This document shows positions 17,797-26,558 of a stretch of DNA of 64,000 nt, in pieces (positions within the stretch are counted from its first letter, which is position 1; every line of letters starts with the position of its first letter). The DNA is from a bacterium (lineage in GTDB: Bacteria; Bacteroidota; Ignavibacteria; Palsa-1295), in the NCBI GenBank assembly GCA_037143335.1, contig JBAWZA010000010.1, positions 25,326 to 89,325 on the forward strand, given 5' to 3'. The notes under the pieces are model-generated. The model ran no database searches. It was not told the origin of the DNA and saw only the letters and a list, made by a program, of their open reading frames with translations. The position numbers were made by a program, and so were the translations under genes.

Positions 17797-19521
17797 CTAC
17801 AGCCACCAGGAGAGGTCTATTTCCTCAAAAAGCCTATCATCTTCCGATACCAGTTCAAGATAGTCTTTGTCCTTTGGTGTTTGCTTTTTTCCGTTCATCA
17901 CTCGCTCGGAGATAGTCAGTAATTTCGTTAGCCGTCTGCGATGCTCCTCGAAACGGTCGGTTGAATACTCGGTGGCGCTATCAGTAGTAATAAGAAATTG
18001 CCAATCGCTCGCTTCAAGAAGAAGTAATTCACGCGCAGATTGCTTCAAAATCTTGGTAAGAAATTTCGCAGGGTTAGCAATTTGGAAATACTCATTTAGC
18101 GTATCAAGAAATTTCTTCTCGAGCGAATAAATATCATCCCATGTCCACGCTACTTTCTGATTTTGCCAGACGAAGTGTCCACCACCTTCGCCCCATGACC
18201 CTTCGGGGAGTGCAATGATTTCGGGGTTGGGGAGTGCTTCGATAATCTCGGCGCAATTTGACAAAACAATATCATTATCCTTCGATAATTTTTCGAACAC
18301 TAACTTTAAAAATCCCGGTCCTTCATACCACCAGTGCCCGAATAATTCTGTGTCGAATGGTGAACAAACAACGCCAGGCTTGCCGGTTTTTGCTCTATGT
18401 TCGTGAAGTGTGGTCTTTACGAGATTCACGAAATGCGTTGCTTGGATTTCGAGAGTGGCATCTGTTGCCGTGGGTTCAAATAATTTTTTCCCGCCAATGT
18501 CAACTCCTCTACCAGTCACCTTCCAATACCTCAAGCCGGAATTGTGATGCTTCTTATGAAATTCAAGATAGTTTGGGTGTCCTGGGTAACCGATCTCACC
18601 CGACCATACTTGCTCTGATGTTTTTCTATCTCGTGAAAATACAACAGGAAGTTTGCCTGGGATTTCGCGCAATGTGGATTTTACTGCATAGATATTCGAT
18701 AACGACCTATCCTCATGCTCGGATGTTTGAAAAAAATATTTTGCCCAATCGAATGAATCTTCTGCGGAGTGATTGTTTGAATTCCAGTGATAGCTCGGCA
18801 TGGCTTTGCCACCTTTGGTGAGCGAACCTTCAACAATAAAGTATCGCAGATCAAACTCCGCCAAGATCTCTTCAATGCCTGCACGCTCTTTTGAAAACTC
18901 ACTATATCTCGCACTTGCAGTTTGTGGTGTCCACCAGTATCGAGGACGGTATGCGCACTCTGGCAACCAGATACCCTTCGGTCGCTTGCCGAAATATTTT
19001 TCGTGAGTTGCAATAGCAATTTGAATTTGTGCTCGGATATTTCTATCATCAACCAAAAGAGGGAAGTAGCCATGCGTTGCCGCGCATGTCATCGCATCAA
19101 GAACTCCTGCATGGCTCAAGTGCTTTAGTCGTGCAATAATATTGTTTGAATATTTCTTATTGAATATCCGCTTGGTCTCTTTATAGAAATCAATCCAATA
19201 CTCTGCAAGCTCCAACAATTCCGCTTCGCTATCTTTGAATGATTTCTTATCAGCTTTAGCGAGTTTGATTCGCTCATCGCAATAGTCATTGAAGACTGTT
19301 GGGAAATCCGGATCTGCAAGTTGCTCTAGGAGAACAGGCGAGAAATCCATTGATATTTTTACCGGCACATCCGCTTGATGAAGTGATTCCAACTTTTCAA
19401 TGATCGGAATGTAGCACTCAGCGACAGCTTCGGAGAGCCAATCGGAGCCGAATGGCCATTTGCCATGATGAAGTACGTAAGGCAAATGCGTATGAAGTAC
19501 GAATGTAAAGTAGCCGAGCAC
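17797..19521 (-). CDS. GH57-family alpha-glucan branching enzyme
   Basis: N-terminal GYFTFVLHTHLPYV...GKWPFG is the GH57 signature. 574 aa. Confidence 0.8.
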   Translation of the reverse strand: MLGYFTFVLHTHLPYVLHHGKWPFGSDWLSEAVAECYIPIIEKLESLHQADVPVKISMDFSPVLLEQLADPDFPTVFNDYCDERIKLAKADKKSFKDSEAELLELAEYWIDFYKETKRIFNKKYSNNIIARLKHLSHAGVLDAMTCAATHGYFPLLVDDRNIRAQIQIAIATHEKYFGKRPKGIWLPECAYRPRYWWTPQTASARYSEFSKERAGIEEILAEFDLRYFIVEGSLTKGGKAMPSYHWNSNNHSAEDSFDWAKYFFQTSEHEDRSLSNIYAVKSTLREIPGKLPVVFSRDRKTSEQVWSGEIGYPGHPNYLEFHKKHHNSGLRYWKVTGRGVDIGGKKLFEPTATDATLEIQATHFVNLVKTTLHEHRAKTGKPGVVCSPFDTELFGHWWYEGPGFLKLVFEKLSKDNDIVLSNCAEIIEALPNPEIIALPEGSWGEGGGHFVWQNQKVAWTWDDIYSLEKKFLDTLNEYFQIANPAKFLTKILKQSARELLLLEASDWQFLITTDSATEYSTDRFEEHRRRLTKLLTISERVMNGKKQTPKDKDYLELVSEDDRLFEEIDLSWWL

Positions 19522-19649
19522 GGGCGGTAAAGTTGATTAAAAGTTGATTTATTATGCGATTCGGCTTGAAAACATCAAAGATTACCGCTTCGTCCCGCAA
19601 GTTTTTCGGAACCGCAGTTCGCAGAAATAACGTTTACTGTCCCTCAATA

Positions 19650-19723
19650 AAAATAAAATTCCTGAGTAGCTCAGTTGGTTAGAGCATCTGACTGTTAATC
19701 AGAGGGTCGCAGGTTCAAGTCCT
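19650..19723 (+). tRNA. tRNA-Asn (anticodon GTT)
   Basis: Cloverleaf folded by hand. Acceptor TCCTGAG/CTCAGGA. D-arm GCTC-AGTTGGTTA-GAGC. Anticodon stem TCTGA/TCAGA with loop CTGTTAA. T-arm GCAGG-TTCAAGT-CCTGC. Confidence 0.85.
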
Positions 19724-19756
19724 GCCTCAGGAGCAACAAACATCTATTTTGATCCA

Positions 19757-19787
19757 AGCCTGCGACAATCTCGCGGGCTATTTTTTT
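19757..19787 (+). terminator. rho-independent terminator after tRNA-Asn
   Basis: AGCCTGCGA-caatc-TCGCGGGCT followed by TTTTTTTT. Confidence 0.5.
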
Positions 19788-19859
19788 GTAGTTTGCCAAC
19801 GTTACCTCGCACAATTCGTATCTTCGTAAGACAATTTATCACCAACCACATTTATCGTT

Positions 19860-20396
19860 ATGAAATCACTATCGTTACCTATCGCATTGCTCGCTATATT
19901 TTGTTTAGCAAGCTGTGCAAAGAAAGAAAGCCCTGCCATGATAGCCAAAGCCAGAGCGGATTCTATGGAAACTGCATACAAAGCATTCATGACTGCTTGG
20001 GACGCGGGAAAAGTTGAGGAGTTTGATAAATACATTTCTCCAAACTGCCTTGACAAATACGAAATGCTCCCTGGCATGAAGTCCGGATTAGCTGGCTTGA
20101 AGGAAATGGCACTGATGGTAAAAACCGGATGTCCTGACAATAAGACAACGATAAAAAGTATGTATGCCGACTCGAATGTTCTCAACGTCGCCTACACCGA
20201 CACTGGGATGAACACTGGACCGATGGGAGGATACCCAGCGTCAAACGAAAAAATGACAGGCTCAGGCAACTATCGCGTCAATTGGGTTAATGGAAAATTT
20301 GAAGACCTCTCCGGCCTCATGGATGGCGCAAAGAGCAGGGTGAGCACCAGAAAAATGATTGAAGACTTCGCGCATCCAGAAGCGAAGAAGAATTAG
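19860..20396 (+). CDS. hypothetical lipoprotein (NTF2/SnoaL-like fold suspected)
   Basis: Signal peptide plus lipobox LASC. 178 aa. No recognisable catalytic motif. Confidence 0.4.
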   Translation: MKSLSLPIALLAIFCLASCAKKESPAMIAKARADSMETAYKAFMTAWDAGKVEEFDKYISPNCLDKYEMLPGMKSGLAGLKEMALMVKTGCPDNKTTIKSMYADSNVLNVAYTDTGMNTGPMGGYPASNEKMTGSGNYRVNWVNGKFEDLSGLMDGAKSRVSTRKMIEDFAHPEAKKN

Positions 20397-20407
20397 ACTA
20401 TACATTA

Positions 20408-20440
20408 CCGCCCACGATTTCAATCGTGGGCGGGATTGAT
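20408..20440. repeat. REP-like GC-rich palindromic element, copy A
   Basis: CCGCCCACG-atttcaat-CGTGGGCGG-GATTGAT. Same element as at 25421..25454 (inverted) and 25523..25552. Confidence 0.55.
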
Positions 20441-20551
20441 AATCGCAGAGAGCCCCACTATATTCCCGCGCTCGCGGAATGACGACGCAGAAAGGGAAAG
20501 AAGAGGGGGAGCATAAAAAAACTATTAGAAGATTTTTTTGTTAATTAAAAA

Positions 20552-20941
20552 ATGGAAAGTAATTTAACCCCTGGTGCAGAGACGTCTAAACTACGTTTTT
20601 TTCTTGATGGGAACGCTGGCCTTACGAAGTCTCATAGAAAAGCACGGAAAGAAATTGCAAAAGTTCTTGCCGAATTCGGAATAAATGTAACTAGTTTACC
20701 AAGTCAAAGAACATTTGATTCATCAGAAATGACTCAATGGGAATATTGTAAAAAAGAAGGAAGAGTAATGATAACCCATAATTCAAATTATCTTCGTATT
20801 GCAGAAAAGGATTTGAATCATCCGGGACTTATTCATTGCAAAATAGAAATGCATTTCGCTGGCGAAATTGTTCTCGGCATATCTGAACTTTATAATGAAT
20901 TATCCCCTGGCGAAATGCGGGGGAAAATTCTTTATATGTAA
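20552..20941 (+). CDS. DUF5615-like PIN-fold (Mut7-C-like) putative nuclease/toxin, orphan
   Basis: 129 aa. RFFLDGN near the N-terminus matches the F-L-x-D-E-N start of DUF5615. EGRVMITHNSNY and NHPGLIHCKIE blocks follow. No DUF433 partner upstream. Confidence 0.45.
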   Translation: MESNLTPGAETSKLRFFLDGNAGLTKSHRKARKEIAKVLAEFGINVTSLPSQRTFDSSEMTQWEYCKKEGRVMITHNSNYLRIAEKDLNHPGLIHCKIEMHFAGEIVLGISELYNELSPGEMRGKILYM

Positions 20942-21203
20942 TTGCTTATAAGAAATTCAGGCGCACTCGAACGAAGATGCACAACTGCGAACGACGAGAG
21001 GGGAATTATTCCCTTCTCTTTTTTCTCAATTCCCTATCATATTGAATCGCTTCAAATTGTTTGGATGATATTAGTCGATCAATGTCAGAAAAAAAATCAT
21101 TTTCTACAATTTGTTTTTGTCTAAGGGACATTGACTTATTTATTTTCTCGATGTGTTCAGCGCGATCATTTAACCACCATGGAAAATTTTCGGGGATAAT
21201 GTA

Positions 21204-21890
21204 TTATTTTCCCTGAATTTTTAATGATCCTTGCATATCAATTTTCGAACCTTCCCAAGGGTTATGTCTTGATGTGAAACCCAGCAAGACAATACCGCAC
21301 ATATTTAAATATATGAATCCTTCTTTCTTTGTACTCCCAAAAGTAAAATCTGTTGATCTCATTAAATAATTATTAATGTTATCGGCGGTCTCAATGGAAC
21401 CAGTGGATTCAATACCGCCCATCAATACCATATGTTGTTCTGTCATCCCAATATCATTTCTTTCTCCTAGCAAAAATTGACGCCACGTTTTTTCAGCTAA
21501 CCTCAATTTCTGAGCATGGAAAAGAGATAACCCTTTATGCCCATTTTCTTTTTTCATCATCGTAAGGATTCTCCAGGTTACTGAAGTCGCAAATTTTAGC
21601 AGCCATTCGCCATACTCAACATCTTGATTATCGTGATTTTGGTAAGGATAGAAAACTTTTTCAGCGTATTTTTTTTCGGACCTTCCAAAAAGTTGTTCGC
21701 AGTCGAAACAGAGTAAGTAGTCTTTGTACCCGTCTTGTGCCCTTTGATTAATTGCCCGAGAATGTCTAAGATAACCAGTAGCTGAAGTTTTTTTTTGCCA
21801 TAGGTTAATAAATTTGGGAATGATATGGCTCTCCTGAAGTTCTTTAACCTCTCGACAAAGTGCACATGTTCCAATATTTTCTTTTGCCAT
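21204..21890 (-). CDS. HNH-motif endonuclease-like protein with an uncharacterised 150-aa C-terminal domain
   Basis: N-terminal CALCREVKELQESHIIPKF...N...DYLLCFDCEQ matches the CxxC-[D/E]HIIP-N-LLCxxC HNH pattern. The remainder has no recognisable motif. ORF-track start 21923; the MAKEN Met at 21890 is preferred. Confidence 0.45.
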   Translation of the reverse strand: MAKENIGTCALCREVKELQESHIIPKFINLWQKKTSATGYLRHSRAINQRAQDGYKDYLLCFDCEQLFGRSEKKYAEKVFYPYQNHDNQDVEYGEWLLKFATSVTWRILTMMKKENGHKGLSLFHAQKLRLAEKTWRQFLLGERNDIGMTEQHMVLMGGIESTGSIETADNINNYLMRSTDFTFGSTKKEGFIYLNMCGIVLLGFTSRHNPWEGSKIDMQGSLKIQGK

Positions 21891-21930
21891 ATTTCGATAA
21901 CCCCTGAAACTCCTACCCCCCATTTTACGT

Positions 21931-21957
21931 TTAGCACTCCCACTAAATGAGTGCTAA
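21931..21957. promoter_or_regulatory. CIRCE operator (HrcA binding site) for groES-groEL
   Basis: Exact TTAGCACTC-N9-GAGTGCTAA, about 80 bp upstream of the groES ATG. Confidence 0.85.
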
Positions 21958-22037
21958 CTTTCAACCCTGAAATTGGGCTGGGAGTTCTCAGAAAACGATG
22001 AAATTTTGATTTTTTTCACCAATAATTACGACATAAC

Positions 22038-22337
22038 ATGAATCTAACACCATTACATGACCGCCTCATCGTCCGGGCTGCTGCTGCGGCGGAGGTCACT
22101 AAGGGAGGAATTATCCTTCCCGATACAGCTCAGGAAAAGCCACAGCAGGGCGAAGTTCTTGCTGTCGGAACCGGCAAAATTGACGACAACGGCAAGACAT
22201 TGCCGATGGCAGTGAAGGTCGGCGATACCGTCCTTTACGGAAAATACTCAGGCACCGAAATCTCAGTTGATGGAGAAGAAGTTCTCATCATGAGAGAGTC
22301 GGATGTTTTTGCAATCGTAGGGAAAGGGAAGAAGTAG
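22038..22337 (+). CDS. groES: co-chaperonin GroES
   Basis: 99 aa. LHDRLIVR...[22 protein letters not shown]. Confidence 0.95.
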   Translation: MNLTPLHDRLIVRAAAAAEVTKGGIILPDTAQEKPQQGEVLAVGTGKIDDNGKTLPMAVKVGDTVLYGKYSGTEISVDGEEVLIMRESDVFAIVGKGKK

Positions 22338-22428
22338 TCGTTAGTCGTTAGTCTCTAGTCGTTAGCAGATTGTGGTTTTTAGCTTTGGCATTTTTCTGCT
22401 AAAGACTAACGACTAAAGTCTAACGACT
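22338..22428 (+). repeat. long imperfect inverted repeat made of GTCGTTAG / CTAACGAC tandem units in the groES-groEL spacer
   Basis: Left arm TCGTTAGTCGTTAGTCTCTAGTCGTTAGCAG. Right arm CTGCTAAAGACTAACGACTAAAGTCTAACGAC. Roughly 30-bp stem with about 27-nt loop. Confidence 0.55.
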
Positions 22429-22486
22429 TTCAGAAACTACTGACGCTCTGATAAAAACAAAATTTACACAAAAAAAATTAACATAA

Positions 22487-24139
<1,653 letters not shown>

Positions 24140-24179
24140 GCTAACGAATAGACGTTCAGAGATGTATTGACGCATAGAA

Positions 24180-24207
24180 AGCCGGCTCAAGGGAGCCGGC
24201 TTTTATT
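24180..24207 (+). terminator. rho-independent terminator after groEL
   Basis: AGCCGGCTC-aaggg-GAGCCGGCT followed by TTTTATTT. Confidence 0.7.
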
Positions 24208-24249
24208 TGTCGTATTTTTGTAATAAATGATAAGTTAATAATCTTTCAT

Positions 24250-24804
24250 ATGAGAAAATATTTTTCCATTTTTCTATGTGTTTTATTTTCGAGTTGTGCA
24301 ACGACGCGACTAAATTCAGTTCATACTGGAAATCATTCTACCTATATGAAAATTCTCGTATTTGCTGATTATGAAGATATTGGACAACGCAAAAACTACG
24401 AACAGGCACTTTTAGAGGAATTGTCAGATAAAGGAGTTCAAATTTTTATGAGCATTGATTATTTTCCCCCGTTAAAAGAATATACCGACCAAGAGAGAGA
24501 AGCAAATAAAATTAGCCTTGGCTATACAGCTGTTTTATTTCTTGAGCCAAAAGGAAGTAATACATCCACTCATTCGGAAGCTTACAGGAATTGGTTTGGT
24601 GGAGTTTCTGCTGATACTCATGAAAGCCTCGACGGCGTGTATACCATTGCCACTCTTACTGACTTAACTTCAAAGGAACATGTCTATAAAGCTACAATCT
24701 ATACTTCACTGGACAGCAGATATACACAGATGAACGAAGTTAGAAGCTCGATGGCAAAAAAAATTGCCGACGATATGTCTGATAACGGATTTTTCAATAA
24801 ATAG
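24250..24804 (+). CDS. hypothetical lipoprotein
   Basis: Signal peptide plus lipobox LFSSC. 184 aa. AT-rich codon usage. Confidence 0.45.
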   Translation: MRKYFSIFLCVLFSSCATTRLNSVHTGNHSTYMKILVFADYEDIGQRKNYEQALLEELSDKGVQIFMSIDYFPPLKEYTDQEREANKISLGYTAVLFLEPKGSNTSTHSEAYRNWFGGVSADTHESLDGVYTIATLTDLTSKEHVYKATIYTSLDSRYTQMNEVRSSMAKKIADDMSDNGFFNK

Positions 24805-24809
24805 CAAAC

Positions 24810-25322
24810 ATGTGTAGTATTGATTGGGCAGCCACAGGTGCTATGCTTGGAGGTATCGCGACTGCGATTTATGCGCTCTTCACTTTATTTCTTTGGCTAA
24901 CTGCAAAAAAAGATTTAGATCAGACGAAAAAATTGCACCTCGCAGATTCAAGACCTTGGCTTGAAGCACAACTTATAGCTGTAAAGTATAGAGGAGTTGA
25001 TCCTCTGGATTATATGCAGTCTGGAGTACAAGTAATGGCCTATAATCATGGTAAAAGTCCTGCGAGAATTGTTTCATGGCAAGTTGGATGGTCCGATGAC
25101 GGAATAAATAAATTTTGGTCACCCAGATCTAAGCAAACTGTTATCATGCCACATTCTTCAATGGATGAAGTTTTTCCAGTTACTGAGATTCGGGCAAATG
25201 AAAGGCGTTTGTATATAGTTAACCTCACTTACCATTCAGGGGCAAGCGAGAATTATGTAACAACTGTAGAATACATTTATCACCTCCGAACATGGGAGCA
25301 AGGTGCTGTTATATACACATAG
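24810..25322 (+). CDS. hypothetical membrane-anchored protein
   Basis: 170 aa. One N-terminal TM helix. Lies 5 nt after the previous gene, so likely co-transcribed. Confidence 0.4.
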   Translation: MCSIDWAATGAMLGGIATAIYALFTLFLWLTAKKDLDQTKKLHLADSRPWLEAQLIAVKYRGVDPLDYMQSGVQVMAYNHGKSPARIVSWQVGWSDDGINKFWSPRSKQTVIMPHSSMDEVFPVTEIRANERRLYIVNLTYHSGASENYVTTVEYIYHLRTWEQGAVIYT

Positions 25323-25420
25323 TTTAGAACAATTTTCATACCCTTTTCTCCATTCTCAATTTTCTATTCTCACTTCCGCCACCAACGCGCGGCGCGGGCA
25401 TCGGCGGGCAAGGGAGCGGC

Positions 25421-25454
25421 AATTATCAAACCCGCCCACGGTTGAAACCGTGGG
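25421..25454. repeat. REP-like palindromic element, copy B (inverted orientation)
   Basis: ATTATCAAACCCGCCCACGG-ttgaaa-CCGTGGGC. Its reverse complement reads GCCCACGGTTTCAACCGTGGGCGGGTTTGATAAT, nearly identical to copy A. Confidence 0.55.
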
Positions 25455-25522
25455 CTAATATGTTTTCATCGGTTTCACCGATTCGGGGAATAAGAGTCGC
25501 CTTTGGCGACGGCAACAGATTA

Positions 25523-25552
25523 GCCCACCAATTCATTGGTGGGCGGGATTCG
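25523..25552. repeat. REP-like palindromic element, copy C
   Basis: GCCCACC-aattcatt-GGTGGGC-GGGATT. Shares the GTGGGCGGGATT 12-mer with copy A. Stem base pairs are compensatory (CACG/CGTG versus CACC/GGTG). Confidence 0.5.
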
Positions 25553-25609
25553 GGAATTGAATACACCCTTCAAATGTAGTTGAACCTCAATTAGCAATAA
25601 AATTTTTAC

Positions 25610-26428
25610 ATGGCAGAAACGACAGGAACAGAATATATTTTACGTATCAATCAAACAGAGCTTGAGCGACTCGGTTTTCAGCATGGAGTGTGGAAGGATG
25701 TGTCGGATGCATTTTTTGACAGACTCAAGATCGCTGAAGGCTGGGATTGCCTTGATGTCGGCGCAGGTCCAGGATTTGTGTCGATGGATTTACGAGATAG
25801 GGTCGGGGATTCAGGCTCCGTAACCGCTCTCGAACCAGCGCAAATGTATCTTGATTATCTGAGCAAACAAGCGGAAAGGCGTGGGTGGAAGAATATCACT
25901 TGCATTCAAGGTGATGCCGAAACAGCTCTACTTCCGAAGGAGAAATATGATATTATCTATGTTCGATGGGTTCTCTGCTTCGTGCCTGATCCCGAAAAAT
26001 TCATCGCGAATTTGCTTCCTGCACTCAAGGTCGGTGGAATTATTGCGATTCAAGATTATTTGTATTCAGGTTTAGGCCTATATCCGAAGGGCGGTGCATT
26101 CGATAATGCACTTGAGACCGTTATCAAGCATTGGAAAATAAATGGCGGCGATGCTTTTATCGCTGGGAGAATCCCAGGTATTTTTCGGAAACTTGGTGTT
26201 GAGCTTATTGATTACTCACCGCATGTGAAGACAAGCGGTCCAGATGGCGATGTAATCGAGTGGGCAGATAAATACTTTACAAAACATCTGCCAATCATGG
26301 CGGCTGACGGTGCGACCACAATCGAGATGGCAGATGCGATGGTTGCCGATTGGAATGCTCACCGCAAAAATCCAGATACAATATTTTGCTCGCCGATCTT
26401 GGTGGATGTTGCTGGAAGAAAGATTTAG
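25610..26428 (+). CDS. class I SAM-dependent methyltransferase
   Basis: LDVGAGPGFVSMDL glycine-rich SAM motif. 272 aa. Confidence 0.6.
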   Translation: MAETTGTEYILRINQTELERLGFQHGVWKDVSDAFFDRLKIAEGWDCLDVGAGPGFVSMDLRDRVGDSGSVTALEPAQMYLDYLSKQAERRGWKNITCIQGDAETALLPKEKYDIIYVRWVLCFVPDPEKFIANLLPALKVGGIIAIQDYLYSGLGLYPKGGAFDNALETVIKHWKINGGDAFIAGRIPGIFRKLGVELIDYSPHVKTSGPDGDVIEWADKYFTKHLPIMAADGATTIEMADAMVADWNAHRKNPDTIFCSPILVDVAGRKI

Positions 26429-26450
26429 TTATGAATTGGATATTGGTAAA

Positions 26451-26558
26451 TCTCCGTGCCACTCCGTGAGGTACTCCGTGTTCCTCCGTGGTTCATAATA
26501 AAGTATCGAGGAATTAACCACGGAGGGGCACGGAGTTCGTCACGGAGGAACGCGGAGT
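26451..26558. repeat. 108-bp inverted repeat carrying 4+4 helically phased CTCCGTG / CACGGAG heptamers
   Basis: Left arm tCTCCGTGccaCTCCGTGaggtaCTCCGTGttcCTCCGTGg. 26-bp AT-rich centre. Right arm cCACGGAGgggCACGGAGttcgtCACGGAGgaacgCGGAGt. Confidence 0.55.

Noticed and set aside
17567-17806. 79-aa ORF overlapping the TlpA-like and GH57 gene junction
   Set aside because: It overlaps two well-supported genes and has no features.
19650-21923. Integrated prophage or IS element at tRNA-Asn
   Set aside because: No integrase, transposase or phage structural ORF is present, and no direct repeat of the tRNA 3-prime end was seen. I call it only a small accessory islet.
21596-21964. 122-aa minus-strand ORF upstream of groES
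   Set aside because: It overlaps the HNH gene in another frame and runs through the CIRCE operator. It is a spurious frame.
22338-22428. Possible CRISPR array (tandem GTCGTTAG units) and likewise the CTCCGTG cluster at 26451..26558
   Set aside because: Repeat units are only 7-8 bp. There are no unique spacers of 25-40 bp. The arms are inverted rather than direct, and no cas genes are present.
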